DNA of 64,000 nucleotides, from NCBI GenBank assembly GCA_018609055.1, contig JABAYJ010000003.1:25457-89456 (forward strand). The letters run 5' to 3'. The position numbers and the translations under genes are program-made. The notes beneath the pieces are model-generated. The model saw nothing but the letters and a program-made list of their open reading frames with translations. It did not search any database and had not been told where the DNA came from. Origin of the DNA: Flavobacteriales bacterium (lineage in GTDB: Bacteria; Bacteroidota; Bacteroidia; Flavobacteriales_D; CAJJDF01). Shown one piece after another: positions 26,990-36,395 of this stretch (positions are counted from its first letter, which is position 1; each line of letters begins with the position of its first letter).

Positions 26990-27756
26990 TAGTTCTCCTC
27001 TTTATTCAGTAATTCTTCTTTTTCTTTAGTAGATAAATACAGTAATTCCATACTCATCATAACATCCGCAACTGGCCTGTTTCCATTTTGTCTGTTTACT
27101 TTTACCTTGGCAATTTCATCAATAACATCTATCCCTTTTATTACTTGACCAAATACTGTGTAACCTGCATCCAGAGAAGGAATCCCTCCAGTGGTTGTAT
27201 AGGTATCAATTTGTTCTTGGGTAAATTTGAATCCAGGAATGGCAGCCGTTTTTGACCTAGCATTATACTTTTGTTTACTTGCTTCAATTTGTTTTAATTG
27301 AGCTAAAGTATAAACTCTCCCTTGGGCTAAATAAAATTGCGAACCGGATGATTCCATTTTTGGATTTTGTCCATCTCCTAATCTGGCTGTTGCCAAAGCA
27401 CCTTTTCTATGAAATAATGTTGAATCAAATTCAGCTGGAATAGTGTATCCAGGACCTCCATTTCCTAGTCCTGCACTTGACTTTGCATTTTTAGAATCTG
27501 GATCACCTCCTTGTATCATAAAGCTATTAATCACTCTATGAAATAGTAAACTATCGTAAAAACCTTCTTTCACCAATTTGATGAAATTAGCTTTATGCTT
27601 AGGAGTTTTATTCGATAATTCCACATACATATCGCCCATTGAGGTGGTTATTTTAACGATAGGATCAATGTTCTTTTTCGAGTTTTTTCGCAACCCTGAG
27701 CATGCAACTAACGTACTAAGAGCACAAAACAGAGCTATATATCTAACAATTGTCAT
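26989..27756 (-). CDS. Cyclophilin-type peptidyl-prolyl isomerase, lipoprotein
   Basis: An internal ATG (27756) gives MTIVRYIALFCALSTLVACSG. The longer track start would overlap the divergent gene at 27834. Cyclophilin motifs are present (FHRVINSFMIQGGDP, SGSQFY). Confidence 0.85.
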   Translation of the reverse strand: MTIVRYIALFCALSTLVACSGLRKNSKKNIDPIVKITTSMGDMYVELSNKTPKHKANFIKLVKEGFYDSLLFHRVINSFMIQGGDPDSKNAKSSAGLGNGGPGYTIPAEFDSTLFHRKGALATARLGDGQNPKMESSGSQFYLAQGRVYTLAQLKQIEASKQKYNARSKTAAIPGFKFTQEQIDTYTTTGGIPSLDAGYTVFGQVIKGIDVIDEIAKVKVNRQNGNRPVADVMMSMELLYLSTKEKEELLNKEEN

Positions 27757-27765
27757 TTTTATTCT

Positions 27766-27773
27766 TATTTTTG
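27766..27773 (+). promoter_or_regulatory. Bacteroidota-type -7 promoter box (TAnnTTTG)
   Basis: TATTTTTG lies 61 nt upstream of the ATG at 27834. Confidence 0.35.
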
Positions 27774-27833
27774 AGAGTATAAAACTACTAAAATTAGATG
27801 TTATTCTTAAGATAGCAGTAAAAAACACATAAA

Positions 27834-28256
27834 ATGAGAAATCTATTAATTGCCTCTTTTTTAATCCTATTAACAATTTCTGTTCCTGGATGTAGAAAAG
27901 AAAAAGAAACTACAGCAACTATTATAGTTGTAAATGCAGCTGGCGAAGCAGTTCCTAATGTATTTGTAAGAGTATATTGTCCTGATGCTACTTGTGGTAC
28001 TGGAACATTAGAAGAGTCAATGGATAGGAATGATGAAACTGGATCTAACGGAAAAGCTAAGTTTAATTATACTGAAGCTTATAAACTAGGTCAAGCAGGT
28101 TTTGCTGTACTAGATGTAGAAGTGTTTTTGACAGAGGCAGCTTTAGATGCAAGGATTTTAAATCCTTCAGGAGCTACACCAGAAGCAAGTGGAGTTGTAA
28201 AAATTGAAGAAGAAGTTGAAAACGAACAAACAATTGTTTGTCAAACTTGTCCTTAA
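27834..28256 (+). CDS. Small lipoprotein with transthyretin/carboxypeptidase-regulatory-like strand pattern
   Basis: Lipobox (ISVPGCRK). TATIIVVNAAGEAVPNVFVRVY pattern. Cys pairs CPDATCG and CQTCP. Confidence 0.55.
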   Translation: MRNLLIASFLILLTISVPGCRKEKETTATIIVVNAAGEAVPNVFVRVYCPDATCGTGTLEESMDRNDETGSNGKAKFNYTEAYKLGQAGFAVLDVEVFLTEAALDARILNPSGATPEASGVVKIEEEVENEQTIVCQTCP

Positions 28257-28277
28257 AATTAATTGAAAATTTAGTTA

Positions 28278-28309
28278 AATCCTGAGTCGCTTGATTCGGG
28301 ATTTTTTTT
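28278..28309. terminator. Bidirectional rho-independent terminator
   Basis: AAATCCTGA ... TCGGGATTT stem (one G-U pair) followed by T8. It sits between convergent genes. Confidence 0.6.
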
Positions 28310-28313
28310 GCTC

Positions 28314-28649
28314 TTATTTTTCCTTTTCAAAATACTCTAGAATCGCTTTTTTCATAAACGTTTCTTGTTCTGTTGGCTTAAGAACTGGTAGTTCTTTTAC
28401 CAATTTAAAATGTGGCCAAGCATCATCATCATGCCCTGTGTATTCATAAAATCCATAAGGTTCCATTAGCGTGCAAATCGCAATATGCATCACGTCAAGC
28501 TTTTGATCTTTAGATAATTTTACAAATCCTTGGTTCAATTCCTGAACTCCAATCATAAAAAGAAGTGATTGCATGTCCAAAGGTTCATCCATATTTTTGG
28601 AAACCTCTACGAGTAAATCACGCCATTTTTTTTCAAATTCAAAATCCAT
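28314..28649 (-). CDS. Hypothetical protein (111 aa)
   Basis: Coding-like ORF and the last gene of a minus-strand cluster. I recognise no motif. Confidence 0.5.
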   Translation of the reverse strand: MDFEFEKKWRDLLVEVSKNMDEPLDMQSLLFMIGVQELNQGFVKLSKDQKLDVMHIAICTLMEPYGFYEYTGHDDDAWPHFKLVKELPVLKPTEQETFMKKAILEYFEKEK

Positions 28650-28687
28650 GTGGCAAAAGTAAGTTTTTCTTTATTAAAAAGAGACTT

Positions 28688-29062
28688 CTAATTATGGATT
28701 TCGCAATTTTCTCTATTCTTAAAAAACTTACTCCTGTTCTTTGCTAGAAAATCGTAGAACCAATTTCTTATTGGCCTTGGGATTAACCATAAAATTAAAG
28801 TTAAGTTCCACAAGCCCCCTAGAGTTCTTGCGATTTTAAATCCAGCCCCTGTTTTAGAAAAAACTTTATCATTCGCTATTACAATAATAGAATCTATTGA
28901 GCTGTCAACTTTATAACTCTTAAGTAATTCCTTTCCCTCTGGTGAATTTAAAGGATAATAATTAAACTTATGCTGTGCCTTTTGCTTTTGAATTAACCCC
29001 ACCCAAAAATTACAGAACTTACATTCTCCGTCAAATAATAATGTTGGCTTTTCGGTTTTCAT
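28688..29062 (-). CDS. Thiol-disulfide oxidoreductase DCC family (DUF393)
   Basis: N-terminal FDGECKFCNFWV (DxxCxxC motif of the DCC family). Size is about 124 aa. Confidence 0.8.
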   Translation of the reverse strand: MKTEKPTLLFDGECKFCNFWVGLIQKQKAQHKFNYYPLNSPEGKELLKSYKVDSSIDSIIVIANDKVFSKTGAGFKIARTLGGLWNLTLILWLIPRPIRNWFYDFLAKNRSKFFKNRENCEIHN

Positions 29063-29952
29063 TTTAAGTTTTCTAAAGCAGAATTAAAAGTTGGGAATTG
29101 AAATTTATATCCAAAGCTATCTAATTTTTTCGAAACAACCCATCTGCTTTTAAGTATCAGTTCTGTTTCAGTTCCAATCATTTTTGCTCCAGTTTTCAAT
29201 AACCAAGCTGGAGTTGGAATAGCAATTGGTTGCTTTATTAAAGTCCTTAGTTGTTTCATAAAACTCATATTAGAAACTGGTTCTGGACCAGCACAATTTA
29301 TTACTCCATTTACCCATTGATTGTGAATTGCCAAATCTATAATTTTAATTAAATCGGCAATATGAATCCAGCTTATCATCTGGTTTCCTTTTCCTTGTTT
29401 GCCGCCTAAGCCAAACTTAGCCATTCGCCTTAATACAGGAAAAGCTCCTCCAGAACTACCTAAAACAATAGCCATCCTCAAAGTAACCTTCTTAGTAATG
29501 AGCTCTACTTTTTCGAAAGTATCTTCCCATTTTGTGGCAACTTGCACTGAGAAGCCCTCCCCAACTATACCGTTTTCTTCATCATTAGGCGATTCATATT
29601 CATCTCTATAAATAGTTGCTGTTGAGGCTTGAATCCATGACTTTGGAGTTTCGTTTATTTCGTTAAACGCCTTCTCCAACACTTCAATAGAATTAGTTCT
29701 TGAATCAAAAATTTCTTTTTTATTTTTTTCTGTATATCTACAATCTACAGATTTACCTGTGAGATTAATTAATACATCTGTCCCTTTCAATTCATATTTC
29801 CATTCACCTAAGGTCTTCCCATCCCATTGATGATAGTTGGGTTTGTCAATTTTGGTTCTTCCCAAAACTAGTACTTCATGATTTAGTTTTTCGAAATGAG
29901 GAACTAGTTCATTTCCTATAAAACCAGTACCTCCAGCTATTACAATTTTCAT
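29059..29952 (-). CDS. TIGR01777/YfcH-type NAD-dependent epimerase-like protein (SDR with DUF1731 C-terminus)
   Basis: MKIVIAGGTGFIGNEL Rossmann start and 297-aa architecture. 4-nt overlaps with both neighbouring genes. Confidence 0.8.
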   Translation of the reverse strand: MKIVIAGGTGFIGNELVPHFEKLNHEVLVLGRTKIDKPNYHQWDGKTLGEWKYELKGTDVLINLTGKSVDCRYTEKNKKEIFDSRTNSIEVLEKAFNEINETPKSWIQASTATIYRDEYESPNDEENGIVGEGFSVQVATKWEDTFEKVELITKKVTLRMAIVLGSSGGAFPVLRRMAKFGLGGKQGKGNQMISWIHIADLIKIIDLAIHNQWVNGVINCAGPEPVSNMSFMKQLRTLIKQPIAIPTPAWLLKTGAKMIGTETELILKSRWVVSKKLDSFGYKFQFPTFNSALENLK

Positions 29953-30329
29953 AATGAGTGTTTTTTAATTCCTAATAATCCAAAAATTCCAATTGGCAAA
30001 AGTAAAATCCATTGTGGAGCAAAAGTCATTGTATAAATGCTTACAATAATAAATATTAATCCAAACGCTAAGTATAAATTACTCAACAGACAAATAGTTA
30101 TTGATGTTGGAAAATTCTTAATCCCGAAGAAAATAAAGACTACAGAAGTTGCTAGCAATAGTAGAGAAATCATATGCCAAACGGCCAATAGCTCCGTTTT
30201 AACTTGGGTAGTTAATCCGCTTTCTATAAGCGGATTAATTAAATCAATTTGTCCAATAATAAGATGAACAAAAAATGTAATTACTGAAATCCCTCCTGCA
30301 ATTATCCAATATGTGTTTTTGTTTTTCAT
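29949..30329 (-). CDS. Membrane protein (4 predicted TM helices)
   Basis: Hydrophobic segments throughout. It overlaps the downstream gene by 4 nt. Confidence 0.6.
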   Translation of the reverse strand: MKNKNTYWIIAGGISVITFFVHLIIGQIDLINPLIESGLTTQVKTELLAVWHMISLLLLATSVVFIFFGIKNFPTSITICLLSNLYLAFGLIFIIVSIYTMTFAPQWILLLPIGIFGLLGIKKHSL

Positions 30330-30340
30330 AATTCAAGTTG

Positions 30341-30655
30341 TTAAATCACGTAAGTATCTTGAGTCTCTTTTCTTCTCATTTCTTTGTCTCTTGTTATTCT
30401 TCCAATTAAATAAAGAATGTACATGTTAAAGAAATGCATTGCTCCAAAAATCAATACAATTGTTCCAATTTTAACCGCTAAGGCTTCAATTAATTGAGCA
30501 TTGCTTTGTAAATTATAGTTATACCTAATAGAAATAAGTGCGTAGCCAATATTAACTAGATAAAATCCCATCTTGAGAAGGTTATTGATTGAGTTTGCCA
30601 CACTTTCATTCCCCTTAAAAGCTGACAGAAGGAAAGATTTTCCATTCTTGAACAA
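30341..30655 (-). CDS. Membrane protein (start uncertain; frame stays open upstream apart from one TAA)
   Basis: The track start is a TTG. The same frame upstream reads ATG-DYLTIFYSI-TAA-IVLTTLLIIYVANY. This is a hydrophobic helix split by an in-frame stop at 30698-30700. Confidence 0.55.
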   Translation of the reverse strand: MFKNGKSFLLSAFKGNESVANSINNLLKMGFYLVNIGYALISIRYNYNLQSNAQLIEALAVKIGTIVLIFGAMHFFNMYILYLIGRITRDKEMRRKETQDTYVI

Positions 30656-30759
30656 ATAATTTGCAACATAAATAATTAGTAGTGTTGTTAGTACAATTTA
30701 GATTGAGTAAAAAATTGTTAAGTAGTCCATGTTATTTTGTTTTTAATTTATATTAGTTT

Positions 30760-30785
30760 TTATATTTTCAATAATTTGTGAAACT
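30760..30785. promoter_or_regulatory. Degenerate copy of the GbsR-region palindrome (candidate operator 2)
   Basis: TTATATTTTCAATAATTTGTGAAACT matches TTATATTTTCAAAACTTTTTGAAAAT (31343-31368) at 21 of 26 positions. It lies between the regulator stop and the downstream membrane-protein genes. Confidence 0.4.
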
Positions 30786-30802
30786 TAAAAAGCAAAAAAA
30801 TA

Positions 30803-31306
30803 TTATTTAACCAGTTTGCTTAAAATTTTCAAGAACCAATTCTTATCCGATTTAGAAGCCATTTCAATCAATCCATCAAATTTGCTAATGATAGAATCAA
30901 TGTCTTTTGTTACTTTTTTAAATTCTTTACCTTCAGCAGAGTCACCCACCTGAGCTGTTGAAACTTCAGCTAAAACATCTCTTATTGGTATAATTTCTCT
31001 CTTTCTTCTTTCTTTTGCAATTTGCTTCATTACTGTCCACAAATCTTTTTCGGCATAAAAATATTCTTTTCTTTCACCAGGTTTAAATTCTTTAAATACC
31101 AATCCCCAATCAATTAATGCTCTCATATTCATGTTTGCATTCCCTCTAGAGATCTTAAGTTCCTCCATTACTTCGTCAGTTGTTTTACTATCTGGCGAAA
31201 GTAATAAACATGCATGAATTTGAGCCATAGCACGGTTTATTCCCCATGAGCTTCCTAGGACTCCCCATTCTTGAATAAACTTATATTTTGCTTCGTCTAA
31301 ATCCAA
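30803..31306 (-). CDS. GbsR/MarR-family winged-helix transcriptional regulator
   Basis: FIQEWGVLGSSWGINRAMAQIHACLLLSP...TTDEVMEELKISRGNANMNMRALIDWGLV is the characteristic GbsR-type N-terminal wHTH. Confidence 0.8.
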   Translation of the reverse strand: MDLDEAKYKFIQEWGVLGSSWGINRAMAQIHACLLLSPDSKTTDEVMEELKISRGNANMNMRALIDWGLVFKEFKPGERKEYFYAEKDLWTVMKQIAKERRKREIIPIRDVLAEVSTAQVGDSAEGKEFKKVTKDIDSIISKFDGLIEMASKSDKNWFLKILSKLVK

Positions 31307-31342
31307 TTTGTCTTAATTTCTATACTAAAGTAATTCTATTTT

Positions 31343-31368
31343 TTATATTTTCAAAACTTTTTGAAAAT
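31343..31368. promoter_or_regulatory. Perfect palindrome, candidate operator of the GbsR-like regulator
   Basis: ATTTTCAAAA-CT-TTTTGAAAAT (31347-31368) has perfect 10-bp arms. It lies about 40 nt upstream of the regulator start, in the divergent region shared with the HMA lipoprotein gene. Confidence 0.5.
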
Positions 31369-31500
31369 AAAATAACTGTAACATTTTGCCAACCTCAATC
31401 ATTATAATGATAAAGAAAGTTAAAATCAAGTGGTATTTTGTTCAAAACCCTTAATTATATTATAAATAGTTGTATTTTTACTCTTGAAATTTTCTTCAAC

Positions 31501-31935
31501 ATGAAAAAAATAATTTTAATCATATTAACTCTTACATCCATAATGGGATGTGGGAATATTACAGATTCTGAAAATGTAATGGCCAATACCTCTACATCCA
31601 TGAAAATTAGTGGGATGACTTGTGAAGAAATGTGTGCTGGTAGAATTGAAGATAAAATTAGTCGAATGAGTGGTGTTAAATCTTGTGAAGTTGATTTTGA
31701 AAATGAAATAGCTACTGTTTTTTATGATAAAAAGAAAGTAGACATTGATGAAGTGATATTAAAAGTAGGTGATATGAATGATGGCCAATATGGTGTGTCT
31801 GAAGTAAAAACTGAAAACATAGAGAATACAAATTCTGATATAAACTCCGGTGGGGGAAGCGAAACAGGACAGATAATAACTGCTCCAAGTTTTGAACTTC
31901 CTAATTTGGCAGACTATTTCAGAAACATATTATAG
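31501..31935 (+). CDS. Heavy-metal-associated (HMA) domain lipoprotein
   Basis: ATG at 31501 gives MKKIILIILTLTSIMGCGN (lipobox). HMA fold motif ISGMTCEEMCAGRIEDKI (Cx3C variant) ...ATVFYD. Confidence 0.75.
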   Translation: MKKIILIILTLTSIMGCGNITDSENVMANTSTSMKISGMTCEEMCAGRIEDKISRMSGVKSCEVDFENEIATVFYDKKKVDIDEVILKVGDMNDGQYGVSEVKTENIENTNSDINSGGGSETGQIITAPSFELPNLADYFRNIL

Positions 31936-31959
31936 TTCATACAAGCTTAGAAATAAGCT

Positions 31960-32070
31960 AAACTTATAAAGAAAGGTGGAGGGAAAAGGCCCTTTGAAAC
32001 CTTAGCAACCGTTCCAATTTATTGGAGAAAGGTGCTAAATCCTTCTCTAGAAATAGGGAAATATAAGTTG
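31960..32070 (+). promoter_or_regulatory. SAM-I (S-box) riboswitch
   Basis: CTTATAAAGAAAGGTGGAGGGAAAAGGCCCTTTGAAACCTTAGCAACC...AAGGTGCTAAATCCTTC...GAAATATAAG matches the conserved SAM-I core (GGUGGAGGGA, GGCCC, UGAAACC, GCAACC, GGUGCUAA-UCC). P1 pairs ACTTATA with TATAAGT. Confidence 0.85.
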
Positions 32071-32087
32071 CATAAAAGGAATTTAAA

Positions 32088-32122
32088 CCCCCTTTCTGCA
32101 ACATGCAGAAAGGGGGTTTTTT
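32088..32122 (+). terminator. Riboswitch expression-platform terminator
   Basis: CCCCCTTTCTGCA / TGCAGAAAGGGGG perfect 13-bp stem followed by TTTTTT. It ends 19 nt before the GTG start at 32141. Confidence 0.85.
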
Positions 32123-32140
32123 GATTTAAAAAAGTAAAGC

Positions 32141-33139
32141 GTGAGTAAGTTAAAAGAAGAATTAAAGAAAAGAATACTAGTGCTTGATGGAGCCATGGGA
32201 ACCATGATTCAGCAATATAAGTTAGGTGAAGAAGATTTTAGAAAAGGATGGTTTGAAGGTCACGATTTCCCATTAAAAGGAAATAATGATTTGCTATCTC
32301 TAACTCGCCCTGACATTATAAAAGCAATACACGCTAAGTATTTTGAAGCGGGAGCAGATATAGTTGAAACCAATACGTTTAGTGGAACAACCATAGCTCA
32401 AGAAGATTATAACGCACAAGACAAGGTTTACGAAATCAATTATCATTCTGCTAAAATAGCAAAAGAAGTAGCTGATGAATTCACAGCAAAAGAGCCTAAT
32501 AAACCTAGGTTTGTTGCTGGCTCAATAGGGCCAACAAATAAAACTGCTTCTATTTCCCCAGTGATAAATGATCCTGGATTCAGAGCAATATCATTTGATG
32601 AATTAGTAGTCGCATTTTCTCAACAAGTGGAAGCGCTTATTGATGGCGGGGTTGATATGCTATTAGTAGAAACAATTATTGATACTTTAAATGCAAAAGC
32701 AGCTTTATTCGCAATCGAACAAGTATTCGAAAAGAAAGGAGTTGAAATTCCTATTATGGTTTCGGGAACTATTACCGACCAAAGTGGAAGAACACTTTCC
32801 GGTCAAACAACCGAAGCATTTCTTATTTCTACAGAGCATGCGCCAATTACTAGTATTGGATTAAACTGTGCTTTGGGAGCAAAAGAATTGAAACCTTATT
32901 TACAGGTTATGTCTAAAAAATCTCCTTTTTTAGTTAGTGCACACCCTAATGCAGGATTACCTAACGAATTTGGAGAATATGACGAAACACCAGAAATGAT
33001 GGCGGATCAAATAAAAGTATTCCTTGAAGAAGGACTATTAAATATTGTAGGTGGATGTTGCGGAACATCACCAGCTCACATAAAAGCTATAGCTGATTTA
33101 GCGAAAAACTACGAACCAAGAAAAATTAACCAGAACTAA
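32141..33139 (+). CDS. Homocysteine S-methyltransferase domain protein (N-terminal module of a split methionine synthase)
   Basis: [13 protein letters not shown] start. Zn-ligand cysteines are present in GLNCALG and GGCCGTSP. It corresponds to the MetH Hcy-binding module only. Confidence 0.9.
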   Translation: MSKLKEELKKRILVLDGAMGTMIQQYKLGEEDFRKGWFEGHDFPLKGNNDLLSLTRPDIIKAIHAKYFEAGADIVETNTFSGTTIAQEDYNAQDKVYEINYHSAKIAKEVADEFTAKEPNKPRFVAGSIGPTNKTASISPVINDPGFRAISFDELVVAFSQQVEALIDGGVDMLLVETIIDTLNAKAALFAIEQVFEKKGVEIPIMVSGTITDQSGRTLSGQTTEAFLISTEHAPITSIGLNCALGAKELKPYLQVMSKKSPFLVSAHPNAGLPNEFGEYDETPEMMADQIKVFLEEGLLNIVGGCCGTSPAHIKAIADLAKNYEPRKINQN

Positions 33140-33150
33140 AAAACCATAAA

Positions 33151-33591
33151 ATGGCTGCACCTAAATTATACAAAGAAATAGACAAAACTATTTTGGAAGC
33201 GATTCCAAATCCTTCGAAAGAAGCGTATGAGGTTAAAATTAAAATTCCTGAATTCACATTTTTGGGAGTTAAAGAACAACCAGATTTTGCTACAATATTT
33301 TTAACAATGTATCCTAACAAAAAAATTATTGAGCTTAAATCATTGAAGCATTACTCTTTTCACTTGCGTGATATTGTAGTTTCTTACGAAAGACTAATCA
33401 ACATTTTTTACGATCACTTGATGGAAGTTTATGAGCCAGACAGAATGAGAATTGAAATGATTTGTAACCCTAGAGGAGGAATATCAGCAAAATTAGCTAT
33501 CGATTCTGATTGGGCAGCAAGAGGCGGAAAAGAAAAATACAAAGATTGGATGAGTAATCCAGGAACTGATAACTGGAGCGTAGTGATGTAA
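33151..33591 (+). CDS. QueF-like T-fold protein lacking the catalytic cysteine
   Basis: It aligns with unimodular QueF. PEFTFLGVKEQPDFAT compares with the canonical PEFTSLCPxTGQPDFAT. ELKSLKHY (QueF motif) and NPRGGIS are retained. The Cys nucleophile is Gly, and FHE is SYE. Confidence 0.7.
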   Translation: MAAPKLYKEIDKTILEAIPNPSKEAYEVKIKIPEFTFLGVKEQPDFATIFLTMYPNKKIIELKSLKHYSFHLRDIVVSYERLINIFYDHLMEVYEPDRMRIEMICNPRGGISAKLAIDSDWAARGGKEKYKDWMSNPGTDNWSVVM

Positions 33592-33623
33592 AACTCTCTT
33601 TTGTGAGATATGATATTAGATAA

Positions 33624-36299
33624 ATGAAAAAAGATTATACCCTAAAATTAAGTGGTCTTGAACCGTTACTTGTAACGCCAGAAACCAACTTTGTAAATAT
33701 TGGTGAAAGAACTAACGTTACTGGTTCTCGAAAATTTCTTCGATTAATAAAAGAAGAAAGATTTGATGAAGCTCTAGATGTTGCTCGTGACCAAGTTGAA
33801 GGTGGCGCGCAAATTCTGGATGTCAATATGGACGAAGGAATGTTAGATGGAAAAGAAGCTATGGTTAAGTTTTTGAACTTAATTGCATCTGAACCAGACA
33901 TTGCAAGAATTCCTGTGATGATTGATTCTAGTAAATGGGAAATCATTGAAGCTGGACTTAAATGTATTCAAGGAAAAGGAGTTGTAAACTCTATTAGTCT
34001 TAAAGAAGGAGAAGAAAAGTTTATTGAGCAAGCCAAAAAAGTTAAAATGTATGGTGCCGCAACTATAGTTATGGCTTTTGATGAAGATGGACAAGCCGAT
34101 AACTACGAACGAAGAATTGAGATTTGTAAACGATCTTATGATATCTTGGTGGATAAGGTGAAATTTCCTCCTCAAGACATTATTTTTGATCCAAATATTT
34201 TTCCTGTAGCAACAGGAATTCCTGAGCACAATAATTATGCGGTAGATTTTTTTAAAGCTACAAAATGGATAAAAGATAACCTTCCTGGAGCAAGAATTAG
34301 TGGAGGTGTGAGTAATGTTTCTTTTTCTTTTAGAGGAAACAATAAAGTGAGAGAAGCTATGCATTCTGCTTTTTTATATCACGCAATAAAAAACGGAATG
34401 GACATGGGAATTGTAAATCCAACTATGTTGGAGATTTACGATCAAATCCCTAAAGAATTATTAGATAAAGTAGAGGATGTTCTATTAAATAGAAATGATA
34501 ATGCAACTGAAGAATTATTAGATTATGCAGAAAGTGTAAAGGGAGATGGGAAGAAGAAGGTAAGAGATTTATCTTGGAGAGAAACGGATGTAAAATCTAG
34601 AATGACTTACGCTTTAGTAAAAGGACTTACAGAATTTATAGAAGAGGATACCGAAGAATGTAGACTGTTATTTCCGGAACCAATTCAAGTAATTGAAGGT
34701 CCTTTGATGGATGGAATGAACGTAGTTGGAGATTTATTTGGATCTGGAAAGATGTTTTTACCTCAGGTAGTAAAGTCTGCTAGAGTTATGAAACAAGCAG
34801 TTGCGTACTTAAATCCATTTATTGAAGAAGCAAAAAACGGAGAAGTACAACCAAATGGAAAAGTATTGATGGCAACCGTAAAAGGTGATGTCCATGATAT
34901 TGGAAAAAACATTGTTGGGGTAGTTTTGGGATGTAATAACTATGATATTGTAGATATGGGGGTAATGGTTCCTACACAAGATATTATTAAAAAAGCGATT
35001 GAAGAAAACGTAGATGTAATTGGATTAAGTGGTTTAATCACTCCTTCTTTGGATGAAATGGTAGGTGTTGCTGAAGAAATGGAGAAAGCAGGGTTAACAA
35101 TTCCTCTTTTAATTGGTGGAGCAACAACTTCTCGAGTTCACACTGCTGTAAAGATTGAAGAAAATTATACCAAAGGACAAACTATTCACGTGTTGGATGC
35201 TTCACGTTCTGTAACTGTAGTAGAAAAATTATTAGGAACAACTTCCAAGGAATTTGTGGCAGATATTAAAACAGAATACGAAAAAGTAAGAGTAAATCAT
35301 GCGAATAAAAAATCTCAAAAGAGATTACTTCCTTATGATGTTGCACTTGAAAACAGATTTAAAATTGAGTGGAAAGCAGAAGACATTTATACGCCTAATT
35401 TTATAGGAAATAAGACTTATGAAAACTTTCCATTGGCAGAGTTAATTCCATTTATTGATTGGACTCCATTTTTTCAAACATGGCAATTGGCAGGACGTTA
35501 CCCAAGAATATTAACGGATGAGGTTGTAGGAGAACAAGCAACTGATTTATTTGCTGATGCACAAGAAATGCTTGCTAAGATTGAAAAAGAAAACTGGTTA
35601 ACTGCAAAAGCAGTAATCGGAATTTGGCCAGCAAACTCCAATGGAAAAGATGATGTATTTACTTATTCGGATGAAAACCGAACAGAAGTTGTCGATACTT
35701 TATATTCATTAAGACAGCAAACACAAAAAGCTAAGCAATTACCAAATTTCTCTTTGGCAGATTTTATTGCTCCAAAAGAAACTGGGTTACAAGATTACAT
35801 TGGTGGTTTTGTAGTTACCTCTGGACTTGGAATAGAAAAATATGTGAAGCAATTCCTAGATGATCTAGATGATTACAGTTCTATTTTATTAAAAGCCTTA
35901 GCTGATAGATTGGCCGAAGCCTTTGCAGAATTAATGCACAAGAAGGTAAGAGAAGAATTATGGGGTTATGCTCCAAATGAAACTTTGGAAAACGAAGAGT
36001 TGATAAACGAAAAATATCAGGGAATTCGACCTGCACCAGGATACCCAGCTTGTCCAGATCACACTGAGAAAACTACTTTGTTCGCAAAACTTAACGCTAC
36101 AGAAGAAATTGGTGTACAATTAACTGAGTCAATGGCAATGTACCCTGCAGCATCAGTAAGTGGGTTTTATTATGCTCATCCACAATCCAAGTATTTTGGA
36201 TTAGGGAAGATAGAAATGGACCAAGTAAAGAGTATTGCTGAAAGAAAAGGAATGGAAATCGATAAAATGAAAAAGTGGTTGAATCCAGTGATTAACTAA
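33624..36299 (+). CDS. metH: Methionine synthase, pterin-binding + cobalamin-binding + AdoMet-activation modules
   Basis: Pterin-binding region ([11 protein letters not shown]). B12 motif [11 protein letters not shown]...SGLITPSL. C-terminal reactivation domain ([12 protein letters not shown]). Confidence 0.93.
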   Translation: MKKDYTLKLSGLEPLLVTPETNFVNIGERTNVTGSRKFLRLIKEERFDEALDVARDQVEGGAQILDVNMDEGMLDGKEAMVKFLNLIASEPDIARIPVMIDSSKWEIIEAGLKCIQGKGVVNSISLKEGEEKFIEQAKKVKMYGAATIVMAFDEDGQADNYERRIEICKRSYDILVDKVKFPPQDIIFDPNIFPVATGIPEHNNYAVDFFKATKWIKDNLPGARISGGVSNVSFSFRGNNKVREAMHSAFLYHAIKNGMDMGIVNPTMLEIYDQIPKELLDKVEDVLLNRNDNATEELLDYAESVKGDGKKKVRDLSWRETDVKSRMTYALVKGLTEFIEEDTEECRLLFPEPIQVIEGPLMDGMNVVGDLFGSGKMFLPQVVKSARVMKQAVAYLNPFIEEAKNGEVQPNGKVLMATVKGDVHDIGKNIVGVVLGCNNYDIVDMGVMVPTQDIIKKAIEENVDVIGLSGLITPSLDEMVGVAEEMEKAGLTIPLLIGGATTSRVHTAVKIEENYTKGQTIHVLDASRSVTVVEKLLGTTSKEFVADIKTEYEKVRVNHANKKSQKRLLPYDVALENRFKIEWKAEDIYTPNFIGNKTYENFPLAELIPFIDWTPFFQTWQLAGRYPRILTDEVVGEQATDLFADAQEMLAKIEKENWLTAKAVIGIWPANSNGKDDVFTYSDENRTEVVDTLYSLRQQTQKAKQLPNFSLADFIAPKETGLQDYIGGFVVTSGLGIEKYVKQFLDDLDDYSSILLKALADRLAEAFAELMHKKVREELWGYAPNETLENEELINEKYQGIRPAPGYPACPDHTEKTTLFAKLNATEEIGVQLTESMAMYPAASVSGFYYAHPQSKYFGLGKIEMDQVKSIAERKGMEIDKMKKWLNPVIN

Positions 36300-36317
36300 A
36301 TTTTTATGCTAAAACGA

Positions 36318-36346
36318 TTGGTATTAATAAAATTTACTTATTTTTG
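36318..36346 (+). promoter_or_regulatory. Bacteroidota-type promoter (-33 TTG / -7 TATTTTTG)
   Basis: TTG at 36318-36320 and TATTTTTG at 36339-36346, with an 18-nt spacer. It lies 50 nt upstream of the rpsP ATG. Confidence 0.45.
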
Positions 36347-36395
36347 CAGTCCAAATTAATAACCAGGGGTTTCGACCCTCTAAAATTTAAACCAG

